Below, piece by piece: positions 47,901 to 58,957 of a stretch of 64,000 bases of DNA (position 1 is the first letter of the stretch; the number at the start of each line of letters is the position of its first letter). The DNA is from Isurus oxyrinchus (lineage: Eukaryota): the NCBI GenBank assembly GCA_026770705.1, contig JANJGN010000056.1:868001-932000 (forward strand), given 5' to 3'. Both the position numbers and the translations under genes were made by a program. Under the pieces are notes generated by a model that saw nothing but the letters and a program-made list of their open reading frames with translations, was not told the origin of the DNA and ran no database searches.

Positions 47901-50900
47901 TCATTGCCTCTTCCCCGGAATTGGATGGATTGACGAGGTGGAGGCCGCCTAAGGGAGGATGAGTAGGACAAGAGGGAGTAGGCCACTCATTTTGCATTTA
48001 CCCAATATCACAATGCCGAAAAGCGTGAAATCCAGTCTGATGCCTACTTGATGTAACGTTGCTTTATGAACGTAAATCACTTTCAGCGTTTTTAACCTGC
48101 ACCGGGTGTCTTGGCCTATCTTTCTACTGTTAGTGTTGCTACCGAGTCTGCAGAAATGTGTCATAACCAAAAACACTTTTCAGTGGATCTCACTCTGTGT
48201 TGCTTTAGCCAGAGCATTCACAACGTCCCTAAAATGAATTTGAACTTTAGGATCTGCTTTGCATACAAATGATGCCACCATAAATGTTAATTTGTGCTTA
48301 CATTACGTTGCAAGCAACGCTCCTGAAGTGACATAGAGTTAGGAAAGTGGCAGAAACTAAATCGCTCTGTAGTTCATCAGACTGGGGTATTTACGGAAAC
48401 CACTCCAAGAGGCATATAGGTCAATGTGCATTGAACCTGCTCTATGTTTCTTTTCACAAACAGCAAATCAATAAGAGAAGCAGATTGCATTTTCAGATAG
48501 CAATTGTGCAGCCTATTTAAATGTTCAATTCTCGAGTTATTCGATCAGGGTCTTATGTGGATAATATACTTGATATCTGTACACTTAATTTCACAGATAA
48601 AATGATGTATAATGGTTTGGATAATTCACCGTTGAATTCGTTAGAAAAATCTGTGGTTCATTCCTGGGGCATTTCAATGTTTAATGTAGAAGAAACGTCT
48701 AGAAACATGTGGATAATTTATTGGATATTAGTTTTGATAATTAATTTGTTCAAACATTTGCTGCTTCAATATATAATTGTTAAACTTACTGTCTTTTTCC
48801 TACTTTTAACTGTTTCCTTATTTACAGTTCTGTCAAGTACAGGTTCAAGTGCTAATAATCTGGGTAACCATCTCTGTTTAATTCAAAAATGCGAATTGAT
48901 ATTTATGACTCTGAGTGAAAATTCATGCCATTGTAAGGATATCAATACTAGATTTGTTCAGGGAATAATTTGTTTATGATAAATGAACATAAATCTAACT
49001 TACAAGCTGATACAGAAATGTAAAATTCTGTTTATCTTTATCTGACTAATACCACTTTCTTTTTTCAAAGCTCATGTAAAAAATTAATGAACATCCTCAG
49101 GAATTAATATGATCCAAAATGTTAATTCAACACTCCGTTTATAGACATTGCTCCATTGCATTGATGTTTTCCCAAAAAAAAGTTTGCGGAAGCTACACTT
49201 TCTGTCTGCTCCAGGTTGCAAAGCCTTCAAAGCACTTAGTACTTCATTGAACTCATCCCTTCCTTGTGAGAATGTGCATTTTATATTCCTGAATTTGGGC
49301 ATCCTGAGTCTAACCAGAGATTTCATGCGAAAATCTATTCTGTACCCTTGCAAGAGCCATTAAATCCTATTCTACACCACAGGCATCAGAACCACAAACA
49401 CAATTTAGGAAGCGAACAATTACTTACTTTGGATATTAATTATTAGAGTTATTTAACTTGCTTTGAAATGCAGATAATAAATAAATGAACATGTGCATGA
49501 ACTTAGTAAATGTATGGCAGCAACAAATAGGTTCATTGAGATTCACTGAGAAACTCCATTCTTCAAAAATGCAACGGAGTTTCATTAGTTAAACATCAAA
49601 AACGTTGATGCAGGCACTATTATCTGAGGCTCACATCAATTTCGCTTGATTTACAAAGCTTATTGGATTTAATCAGTAATTAGTAGAAATCTCTCAGTTT
49701 ATTCTTCTGTATAGTAACAGATCATTGAATTAGATAGCTAATTCACAAAAATGTTCTTGCATTTTGAAAAATAAATATGCATTTTATCAAATATTGCTAA
49801 AATTTAAGGATGGTATGATCCGAAACAATCTAAAATGAAAATAGCTGCAACGTATGATAATTTAACCATGCATATGTTAGGAGTTAGATCATTATCATCA
49901 AGTAATCGACACTTCATTGTTTTGCTCTTCTAATCTTATATTAGACCTAAAATAATCTACCTACTCAAATCGATGGGCCCGTCACGGTCCATGTCGACTT
50001 GGAACTTTTGCCCTTGGTGTCCTGCAAGTGTCAGTGTTCAGCTTCACATTTCAAATCATTTCTCACAGATATTGTGAATGACATGCAAGTGACTCCCTTA
50101 TGCCCTTTCGGAAAAAAAAGTGCTTTGATATACAGCTCATCAATCAATGGGAACGTACCCCTGTCTCCCCAGAATAGATAGTTGATTTTAAACACACTAG
50201 AATCACATCTTCGAATTGCTTACTACACTTTAACAATGTGTCTTGTATCGCTGCGAATCTTATTGTCCCTGTTTTTTGCGATATCTATTCACTGCACTTT
50301 AAACTAGTCCTTCCAGAAAGAAGCGTGGTCCTGCAAAATTCCCACTCTGCCTTCCCGTTGGCCAATAAATATTTCACACTTAATCTGATACCTATGTCAT
50401 TGTTCCCATTCGGCCATTAAACTACCCGCCTGATCAGCACCAAATATACACAGTTGGCAAAGAAATGTTGCTTCACTTTTTTTCTGCAATGAATTTGCGA
50501 TGCATTCACCTGACCTAAACCTTCACAATGCCCAGCCTGCATATTAATCTTCCATTACTGAGTTTGCCTTAAAAAAAAACCTGACTCATCTGCCCTCATC
50601 TCCTACCACAACGTTTCAATGAGAATCTGCATAAAAATGTCACCATGTTTTGATTCTCATTGGACCGGATCTGTGAAGTCTCCTGGGTAAACCCTTGTTC
50701 GGCCTCGTCTATGCTAGTGTTTCTTTGTAGCCCAGTGACCATTCTAACATATCCTGTGCAGTTAATATTCCATCTTTACACTCCCAAGCGTTTAGAGTAT
50801 GCCAATGCTGCTGGGCAACAATTTACGTACGAGCTGTGAGTCCTGTGTCACAGCAACCATTTCAAATACTTACCGCATCCATAAACCACGCAGCGCACAT

Positions 50901-51327
50901 TGCACGACTACCTCTTCCAGAGTCTAACTCTGCTTTCCCAAGATTCCATTTTGCGTCTTTATTTCCCAAATGATATTGCACCTTCACACATTAGTTGTCT
51001 CTTTACACCTCCTACTTACTATCTAAAGTTCAACATGCCGAGCCGTTTTTGTACCTTCAAATTGTCCACATCACATTCTCGCTCAAGAAGCTCAATCGTT
51101 ATTGCACACTAGTTGCCCAGTTTAAACTGATGATGTTCCTATCAAAAGAGGAATGATCATTTCCCTGTCCACATTTACTAAGTCCAATCCACATTTAGTA
51201 TATGCTCATCTCGGGAAGCAGGTCCTGCATGTTTGGGTGAAATGCATGAGCCTTTGCTGCAACTGCAAGAGAAGTTGCCTTGTTCATCTGTGACGTCTAT
51301 CTCCTTCTCTCTCTTCCTCACTTACAG

Positions 51328-52232
51328 GTAATGTTGTTGCGATTGTGATCCTTTCCAGAAGAAAGTGTGGTCTCTCCAAATGCATTACATGTTATATGAT
51401 TGCAATGGCAGCGGCTGATCTCCTGTTTATTTGTACTGAAGTCATACTGAAGGAAATGCTGAATATTTATTTTCCGGATTCATTCTTGACCATGAGCACG
51501 GTATGCCATCTAATGGAGACATTGATTTATGTAGTCACTTCAGCCTCCGTCTGGTTGACATTGGTGTTCACCTTCGATCGTTTTGTGGCGATATGTTGTC
51601 TGGAACTGAGAAAAAAATATTGCACAGAGACAACAGGCGCAGCTGTCATATCAGTAGTGAGTGTTTTGAGTTGTTTGACAAACATTCCCTGGTATTTTGC
51701 TTATGAACCTGCATATATAATTGGCAATGTACCTCGCGGTTGCAAACTAAAACAGACATTTTTCAGTTCTGCTGAATGGGCTGCATTTGATTTCTTTGTG
51801 CTAACTTTGACCCCACTTGTTGCATTCATTTTAATTTTGTTGCTAAATGTTTAGACGGTGAGACGTATTTTAGCTGCCAGTAGAGTTCGCAGGGGTCTCC
51901 GCGGTTGCTGCAATGGAGAGCATCACAATGATCCAGAGATAGAAAGACGAAGAAAGTCCATAATTTTACTCTTCAGTATAACCGGCAGCTTTATATTGCT
52001 CTGGACAACTCCAGTCGCATATGTTTTCTCTCTGCATACAACAATCATTTCATATTCTGGCACTAATGAACTTGGGTCAGTTGCAATCATGCTTGGGCTC
52101 CTCAGCTGCTGCACAAATACATTCATTTATGTGCTGACACAGTCTAGGTTTAGGGAGGAGCTGAAGAACGGAATGCAATACTCTTTGAAACGGTGCGTAA
52201 AATTAGTCAAATTACAGCTGAAAACCAATTGA
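51328..52232 (+). pseudogene. GPR139-like GPCR copy 2, coding exon 2 with a single in-frame nonsense codon
   Basis: Acceptor cttacag ends at 51327. ORFs 51345-51854 and 51858-52232 are the same frame, split by TAG at 51852-51854 (TTG/Leu in copy 1). FTFDRFVAICC, DPEIERRRKSIILLF and SCCTNTFIY are intact. Confidence 0.88.
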
Positions 52233-52419
52233 CATATGCAGGAGGACTTAAGAACTGTGCCCGAAGGGAGTCACATTAGCAAAATACTTGAAGTGATGTA
52301 TGCTGACTCTGGATAAAATTACATCCCAGGTGAAAATACTCTTTTATGGTGTAGTCTCAAATTGAACTCCTTTTCACAGTATTCTATAATAAATGGTGGA
52401 CTTGAGGCAAGATGATAAT

Positions 52420-52425
52420 AATAAA
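52420..52425 (+). terminator. Putative polyadenylation signal, GPCR copy 2
   Basis: AATAAA about 190 nt after the stop codon, homologous to 18477. Confidence 0.45.
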
Positions 52426-55400
52426 AAGAAAATTACTGAACAACCCTGGTTATAGTTGCAGGTTTTGAGAGTTTGAATTGTGATGCCAGTCTCTGATCGC
52501 ATAGAGCTCATTGGAGCAGATGCTCTGATCAACAGCCCATACATCACAGGCTGGATCAAAATAACTCGAACAAGCGTAACATAGAGAAACAGCACAAATA
52601 CCCTTCAATGTCTCTTCTGGGCCGAATAATATATGGGGCAGTTTTCAGAACAGGTTTCATGAAACCTGGCTCCCCCCAAATATCCGACTGTTGCACAATG
52701 AGCTGCTACTCAGAGTTCCATATAAATCACATGATTAAAACAAAGAATGCCTGGTGATCACGTGCTTTGTGAAAGACTGGGCATTGGCGCAATTGATCAT
52801 ATGGTAAATTCAAGACTCATTCCCACGATCTATCGGACTTAGAGACGGTTCCATATCATGATTTCGGATTTCCCTACAATTCCTTTGCAAGCTTGCAAAA
52901 CTCAAACTTAATTATTCACGAAGACAGGGACGGCCTCCTCCCCACATGCTCATACACAACAGTCTATGTTTCATGTTTTCTGGTCTTTTCACACACACGG
53001 CCACCAAATGCTTGTTATCACAATTCACAGATGCTGTGGCGTCTGAAAATTATTAACTTGAAGTCCACTCATCAAAACAACGAGTGAAGCTTCCACCAGA
53101 TATCCGCACCAATTCCCAGCTATGAAACGTCCACTCGCTCATGGCCCAACCATAAACATCTTCCTTTGTATTCCTTTGTACTTTGCATGAACAAACATAA
53201 TGTAATTCTTCTCTTCACATATTCTCATCATTTATTCCCATTCACTTAAACACAGATCGTAGATGCAACCATATACAGGTTACAGCACGGAACACAGAAT
53301 TTGACCTGCCCTTTCCTTAATGGCTCCCTGAAGAGGATATGCATCGATCATCCACTCCTACTCCTTGACCATGCTGTCTGGGTCATTCAGTGTTCTCAGA
53401 TACTAACACAAAATCGCCTTAACCTTTCCTAGTTGACCAGTCTAATCATCCAGGGAAATGTTTGGCCACAAGAACGGCCAATTAAAATGGCAAATGGAAC
53501 GTGCCGTTCGATAGAAACCTACACCTGCTGTCAAGGAATAAATGAACATTTAAAAAAAAAGATTTGGTCATGGCATGAGGGTTATAGCTGGCAAGAAAAG
53601 CATTTATTGCCAAACCCCCTTTGTTCTTACAGCAAAGTGAACGTGAACCACCATTTCGAACAGCGACAGTGATTGTGATATATCGCAGACGATGCCTTTG
53701 GCCTGAATTACTAAATAACCACAAGTCGGCCACGCTAGCAATCTTTTCTAAATAGTTCCTCTGACCTTTTGGCACCTGCACTTTCCAAATATACACCCCG
53801 GCTGCTGAGCTCCCAGTCATTTTAGTTCCTGAGGGAACCTGATTTTCTCAGGGTAGTGACCGACGCTCAACAGTGTTTAGTTCTCTCTTCAAAGATCTGT
53901 CCTCCATTGCAAAGTCAATAATGGAGATGTTCGCTGATGATGCACAATGCTCAACAGCATTCCCAACTCCTGATATAGTGAGGCAGCCTAGGCCAAACTC
54001 AGCATGTCCTGGACAATATACAGGCTTTGGCTGACAATTGGCAAACATAATTCAGACCACACATGTGCCAGGCAATCACTGTGTACAAAACAGATAATTT
54101 AACCAACGCCTGTTGACGTTCAATGGCATTAACGAATTTCCCACGAGCAGTGATTATCATTGACTGGAAACTGAATTGGATTAGGCATATAAGCACAATG
54201 TCTACAAATCCACTTCAGAGGCTAGGAATCCTGCGGAGAATAACACACCTTCTGGTTCCCCAAAACTATCCACCATCTTCAAGGCAAAATATAGGATTGT
54301 GATGCTCTACTCTCCACAGGCCAAGATGCTTGCAGCTCCAACAAAACTCAAGAAGCTTGACAGCATTAAGCAGAAAGCAACTGGTTGTTTGACACCACAT
54401 CGACACACATTGAGTCCCTGCACCGCTGACGATCAATGGCAGCAGTGTGTGCCATCTACAAGAAGCACTTCAGCAATTCCCCAACACTCCTTAGGCAACA
54501 CTTTCCAAACACACGACCGCTACCATCTAGTAGGATAAGGGGCAGCAGGCGACAGAGAGCACAAAAACCTCGAAGATTCCCACCGCACACCTCCCCCAAA
54601 CTACTTGCAACCCTGATTTCGAAATGTATTGCTGTTCCTTCTCTGGCGCTGGGTCTAAATCCTGGAAATCCATCCCTAAGAGCACTGTGGGTGTACAAGT
54701 ACACGAGGGCCTACTGCTGTACAAGAAAGCAGCTCTCCACCATCTTCACAAGGGTAAGTACTGATTTGCAAGAAATTCTGTGCCAGCGATTGAAGCCAAA
54801 ATCTCGTGTGCTCCTGAGCTGGCCCAGCTGCTTCCAGCAGCTAAAACAGGCGAATTTACCTGGAAGTGTAGATAGGTGCAGTGGCCCTTTCTGTCCAGAA
54901 ACTTAGGAAACAATCCAAGTAGATACAATGCGACCCCCATTAATGTACTCTCGATCATCAGAATAAAATTGTGGGGGGGGGGGGGGGGGTCGTTGGCAAT
55001 GCTAATTGACATTCCTTCAGCAGTAAATGGTTGGATGATGCTCACTTTGGAATCTGCAAGGATCCCTTAGCTCCTGACCTAATTTTAAAACCGGGGCCAC
55101 ATATGTGCAAATCCGGTAAACTCAAGAGCTGCGGTAAGAGTAAATGCCCTTGATATCAAGGGGAGATTATACCGCTCTTTCACTGCTGGGCTTGGCACAC
55201 TCTGCCATGACTATACTCCAACATTCAGGCTGCACTTTCTAGGTGGCTAAGAAATGAATTGTCAACAGAAAGCTGGCATCTATCAAATCGCCCAAAAAAC
55301 TGTCACTCCTCATGTTTTATTGCACCTCAATATTATTTACCATTTGACAATCGATTTCATAGTAAGGTTATCGCTGCCTAAGACATATAAAGTTGGAACT

Positions 55401-55536
55401 GGAACAGCCATTTGTGATTTACAAATGTATTACTGGATGCAGAAGCACAATTGGAAATCATAATGAAGTCATCAAGCAAAATGGTGACTCTCCTCCTGGC
55501 TGATTATAATTGTTCTGCCGTTTCTCTGCCTTGCAG

Positions 55537-56140
55537 TTAACTTGGTGACGACGGGAATTCTGTCGCAGGGTAAGTCTGGGCTCTCGAAATGTATCACTCG
55601 TTAACTGGTGGCCATGACAGGGGCGAATCGGCTCATCATCATCCTCGACATGATATTAACACACATTCCAATTGTTTTCCAGAAGCAGCTTCTTTTCCTG
55701 AAGTCGATTCCTGTGTTCAATATCCATACCGTTCTGATTTATGCAGCCAGTGTCCGAAACTGAAATGTAAATGTTGCACCGGAAAAACTGCGACTGTCGT
55801 CCTGGAAACAGTGACTGTGCTGATCTGCACAAAGAACATGTTGTGGCATTTTATGGTAAGAGGACTGTGCTGGGCAACGTCCCCTGGTTTTGTTAGGTAC
55901 GCGGGGGTGTTTGGTTGTCACGGTTCCAAGAGGAATTGAGTTCACACCTGAAATTCTAAACCCCGTAGAGTACCATTTATCCTGATTCTGGTGCTCATTG
56001 TTTACACTGTCAGGCACATTTTAGTGAGCAGCTGAGCCAGGAAGAGACTCAGGCCTCACAACAGTACGAAGAGACCCAGAGACCCAGGAATGTAAAGTTG
56101 AAAGAAAACCATTATTATGTTCATTGTACATTCAACAAAT
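55537..56140 (+). pseudogene. Decayed GPR139-like GPCR exon 2 of a different subfamily
   Basis: Acceptor ccttgcag ends at 55536. Manual translation gives VNLVTTGILSQGKSGLSKCITR*LVAMTGANRLIIILDMIL...HTVLIYAA, a deletion, CPKLKCKCCTGKTATVVLETVTVLICTKN, then VPFILILVLIVYTVRHILVSS*ARKRLR...RDPGM*S*KKTIIMF. It has multiple stops and frameshifts. Confidence 0.85.
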
Positions 56141-58144
56141 CGCTGCTGGTCACCTGATCCAAGATGCCACAGCCACTCTGAACGAAAAACACAACAGTTC
56201 AGTGCAGACGTTTGCTAACTTGGCAGCATGTTCTCCAAGAGAACTAACTGAATGAGCAAATTAAACATCGCCTGACAAAAGCAAGTTCGGCATTTAGCAG
56301 GCTGCACTCACTGTCTTCTGAAAGAAAAACATGGAGCTCCTCTCAGATGGAAGATCAAAGACTGTCAGGCCGTGTTTTTTTATCTCAATTCTATGTCAGT
56401 GCGAGATATGCAACATTGATCAGCCTCATTGAAACCTTGTGAAAATATTCCAATTTCACTGTCTGTAATCCATTTCCAACGGTAAGTGGCAGGACTGATT
56501 CCCACACACAAATATTTTTGATACAGCTCCTCTATCTGTGGATATATTGTTAATCGAAAGTGTTCAGAGTCCACAGCAAAGCGCTCAGCATGCAGCTGGA
56601 TATGTCCGGATTCTGCCCAATGCGAGCACAGTAGTCAGCGAATAAGCCTTCACTCAGTCGCTGTTCAGTGACCTATGTGCAAGGTTTTACTCTTGGCCGT
56701 TTGGCAACGTTGCTGTTTGTCCTGAAATGGTTATGTAAGCCTGTGCCAAAATCTTTGAATGTAAACTGGATAATGGCCGGCAAGTATATGACAAATAGAG
56801 CTGAAGCAATGACAGAGACTTACTTGGCAACGCAAGTCACATGAAAGGGGTCCACACTGTCGAACCGCCTTGCGTCACTCTGATTATCAGGTCATCGTCA
56901 AAAGAGCAAATGACATTGATCATTTTTTTCATCTTTTTCAGGGCGGCTTCATATTCCAGACTGGTTTGGATAGTTCATTGACCAATAAAGGATATTGAGG
57001 TCATGAGGACGTATGTGTATGTTTTGTGGAGGGTGTGGAGGGGCGGGTGTGTGACGCAGGTTGGAGAAGTGCAGGCAGGAAAATGGAGCTGAGGCCACGA
57101 TCAGGTAAAACCATTTTCTTTTCGAGTTGCAGAAGGGACTGAAGAGGCCGAATGACCTACCCCTGCTCTTAATTCTTGTGATTTTGGTGTTGTATGAGAT
57201 GCAGCGCAAACCAACAGCTGGAGATTCTGCTTCATTATAATGAGTGATTCCATCGGCCAATGATTGTTGGCAGAAGACATCTGAGGGTCAGGAGTTAAAT
57301 GTTTAGCTTGGAATATTCCCCCAGCTTTGTACTCGAATTAACCTATTATTTTATTCAAAACATTGTTTTTCAATCAGCCCAAACATCTCTCTGGACGTAA
57401 TATGTGAGTGGGTGGAATAGACTGATTTGCTGTCGGGGGGCGGGGTGGGGGGGGGGATGGTTATTGACCATTTATAGGTTTGGAAACGTCTGGAAAGAAT
57501 TATTTTGAAATTTTCTGATTGAGAAAACAAATGCCTTCTCCATACAGATCGTGTTACACCTCACGTAATCACCAGCACGAACCCTCCATGTCCTCTGGTT
57601 GCATTTTTGATTTGCAGGCGGAATGGTGCAAATTTCTGGGCAACGCCATAGAATGTAGGCCCAGTCACCGACGGAGGTATCAGTGCCAGTGTAATCCAGG
57701 AACAATCTGGGCAGCGTATGTCTTCCCTCTGGGAGCTTGAATGTCAAAGACAAGGATCACACACGTGCCTTGTTGGAACATAGAATGGATCCAGAAACAC
57801 AAAACAGTGGGGAACATCAGAAATGTGCCCCCTATTTAGGGAGGTTCAGAACCATTGTGTTGCTAAGATTCATTTTGTGTAAATTAGTGACGAGTAATCC
57901 CGCAACAACCCCTAGTGGCTTAATCATTTCCCGCTCTGACCATCTCCGATAATATTTATCCATTGATCGCTATCATGCAGCCCCTTCAATTGGATTGACC
58001 ACAGACATCAGTCCAAAATTTGATGTTTCACTTTGTAGTGGTTGCTTTCACAAGGGAGTGACTGACATAACCTGTTTGTTCAATGACTGAAACTGATTTA
58101 TTTCTTCAGGGAACATGAATGAGCTAATGAGGATTTATCTGTTG

Positions 58145-58152
58145 TATAAATA
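58145..58152 (+). promoter_or_regulatory. Putative TATA box of GPCR copy 3
   Basis: TATAAATA about 155 nt upstream of a conserved donor-like site (gtatgt at 58300). Confidence 0.4.
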
Positions 58153-58887
58153 AGAGTTTCTCTGAACGGATCATTTCATGTTCTCCAAAAGACTCAGTGT
58201 TTCTGCTTCAGTTAGCGCTTCTCACAGCGAATAGCGTTTTTTCACTTCGTCAGATATGGGACACTTACAAACCCATTCTCGAAGTTATCGTTGTCTAATG
58301 TATGTTTATTTACATACTCTCAGGCTAAAAATGATAATCTCTCTTATTCTATCCATTCATTGAATGTGGGCGACGCTGGCGAGGCCAGCATTTATTGCCT
58401 TCCCTAATTGCCCTTGAAAAGATGGTAGTGAGATGCATTTTTGAGCTGCTGTAGTCTGTGTTATAACGGGGAGGTCCAGTACATTGACGCAGAAGCAGTG
58501 AAGAAATGGAGATATCTTTCCAAATCAGGGCGGTGAGTGGTTTGGAGAGCAGCTACTAGATGGTGGCGTTCCCAAGTCTATGTTACTCTTGTCTTTCTAG
58601 GGAGTAGCGGAAGTGGGTTTGGAAGTTTATGTACAGGACTTCATGTCTGTAAAATATAGCAGCTTATCTCTCTTCCATGTTACAAATGCTTTGCTGCCAG
58701 TTTTACCTTGATATTTTGGGTTTAATTAATGTGGTATCTCCTTCTGAGTATCGACAGTGATTTTACTTTATTTATTTTATGTTTCTGAAATTAATTCAAA
58801 GGTGACGGGGGTTTGTAGTTTCCAGCTCACATCGTTCCATTCCATCCTGTTTACCCATCTCAGGAGGAAAGACAGATTCTCATAAAG

Positions 58888-58957
58888 ATGGGAGACCTGA
58901 TAATTCACAAGATAAAGGCCATTTACTACCCTATTCTCGCAGCTGTTGGTGTACCAG
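58888..58957 (+). CDS. GPR139-like GPCR copy 3, coding exon 1 (MGDLIIHKIKAIYYPILAAVGVP+G); exon 2 outside the window
   Basis: ATG at 58888, 70 nt, canonical donor CAG|gtaaga at 58958. The downstream intron is collinear with the copy 2 intron up to the window end. Confidence 0.85.

Larger units (their letters stand above)
41429..54800 (+). repeat. Segmental duplication unit, copy 2
   Basis: Starts at ggattagaccacagacatcagtcc (41429), matching ggattgaccacagacatcagtcc (57992). The stretch 41429-47340 is closely collinear with 57992-64000. Confidence 0.9.

Noticed and set aside
48521-48979. 152-aa hydrophobic ORF in the copy 2 intron
   Set aside because: It is AT-rich intronic sequence with no recognisable domain, and the equivalent copy 1 region (about 14350-14800) has no such ORF.
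51852-51854. Programmed recoding (selenocysteine or pyrrolysine) at the in-frame stop
   Set aside because: The codon is TAG, not TGA, the paralogue has Leu (TTG), and no typical readthrough context is visible.
51345-52232. Two separate genes (169 aa and 124 aa)
   Set aside because: They are the same frame and are halves of one GPCR exon split by a nonsense codon.
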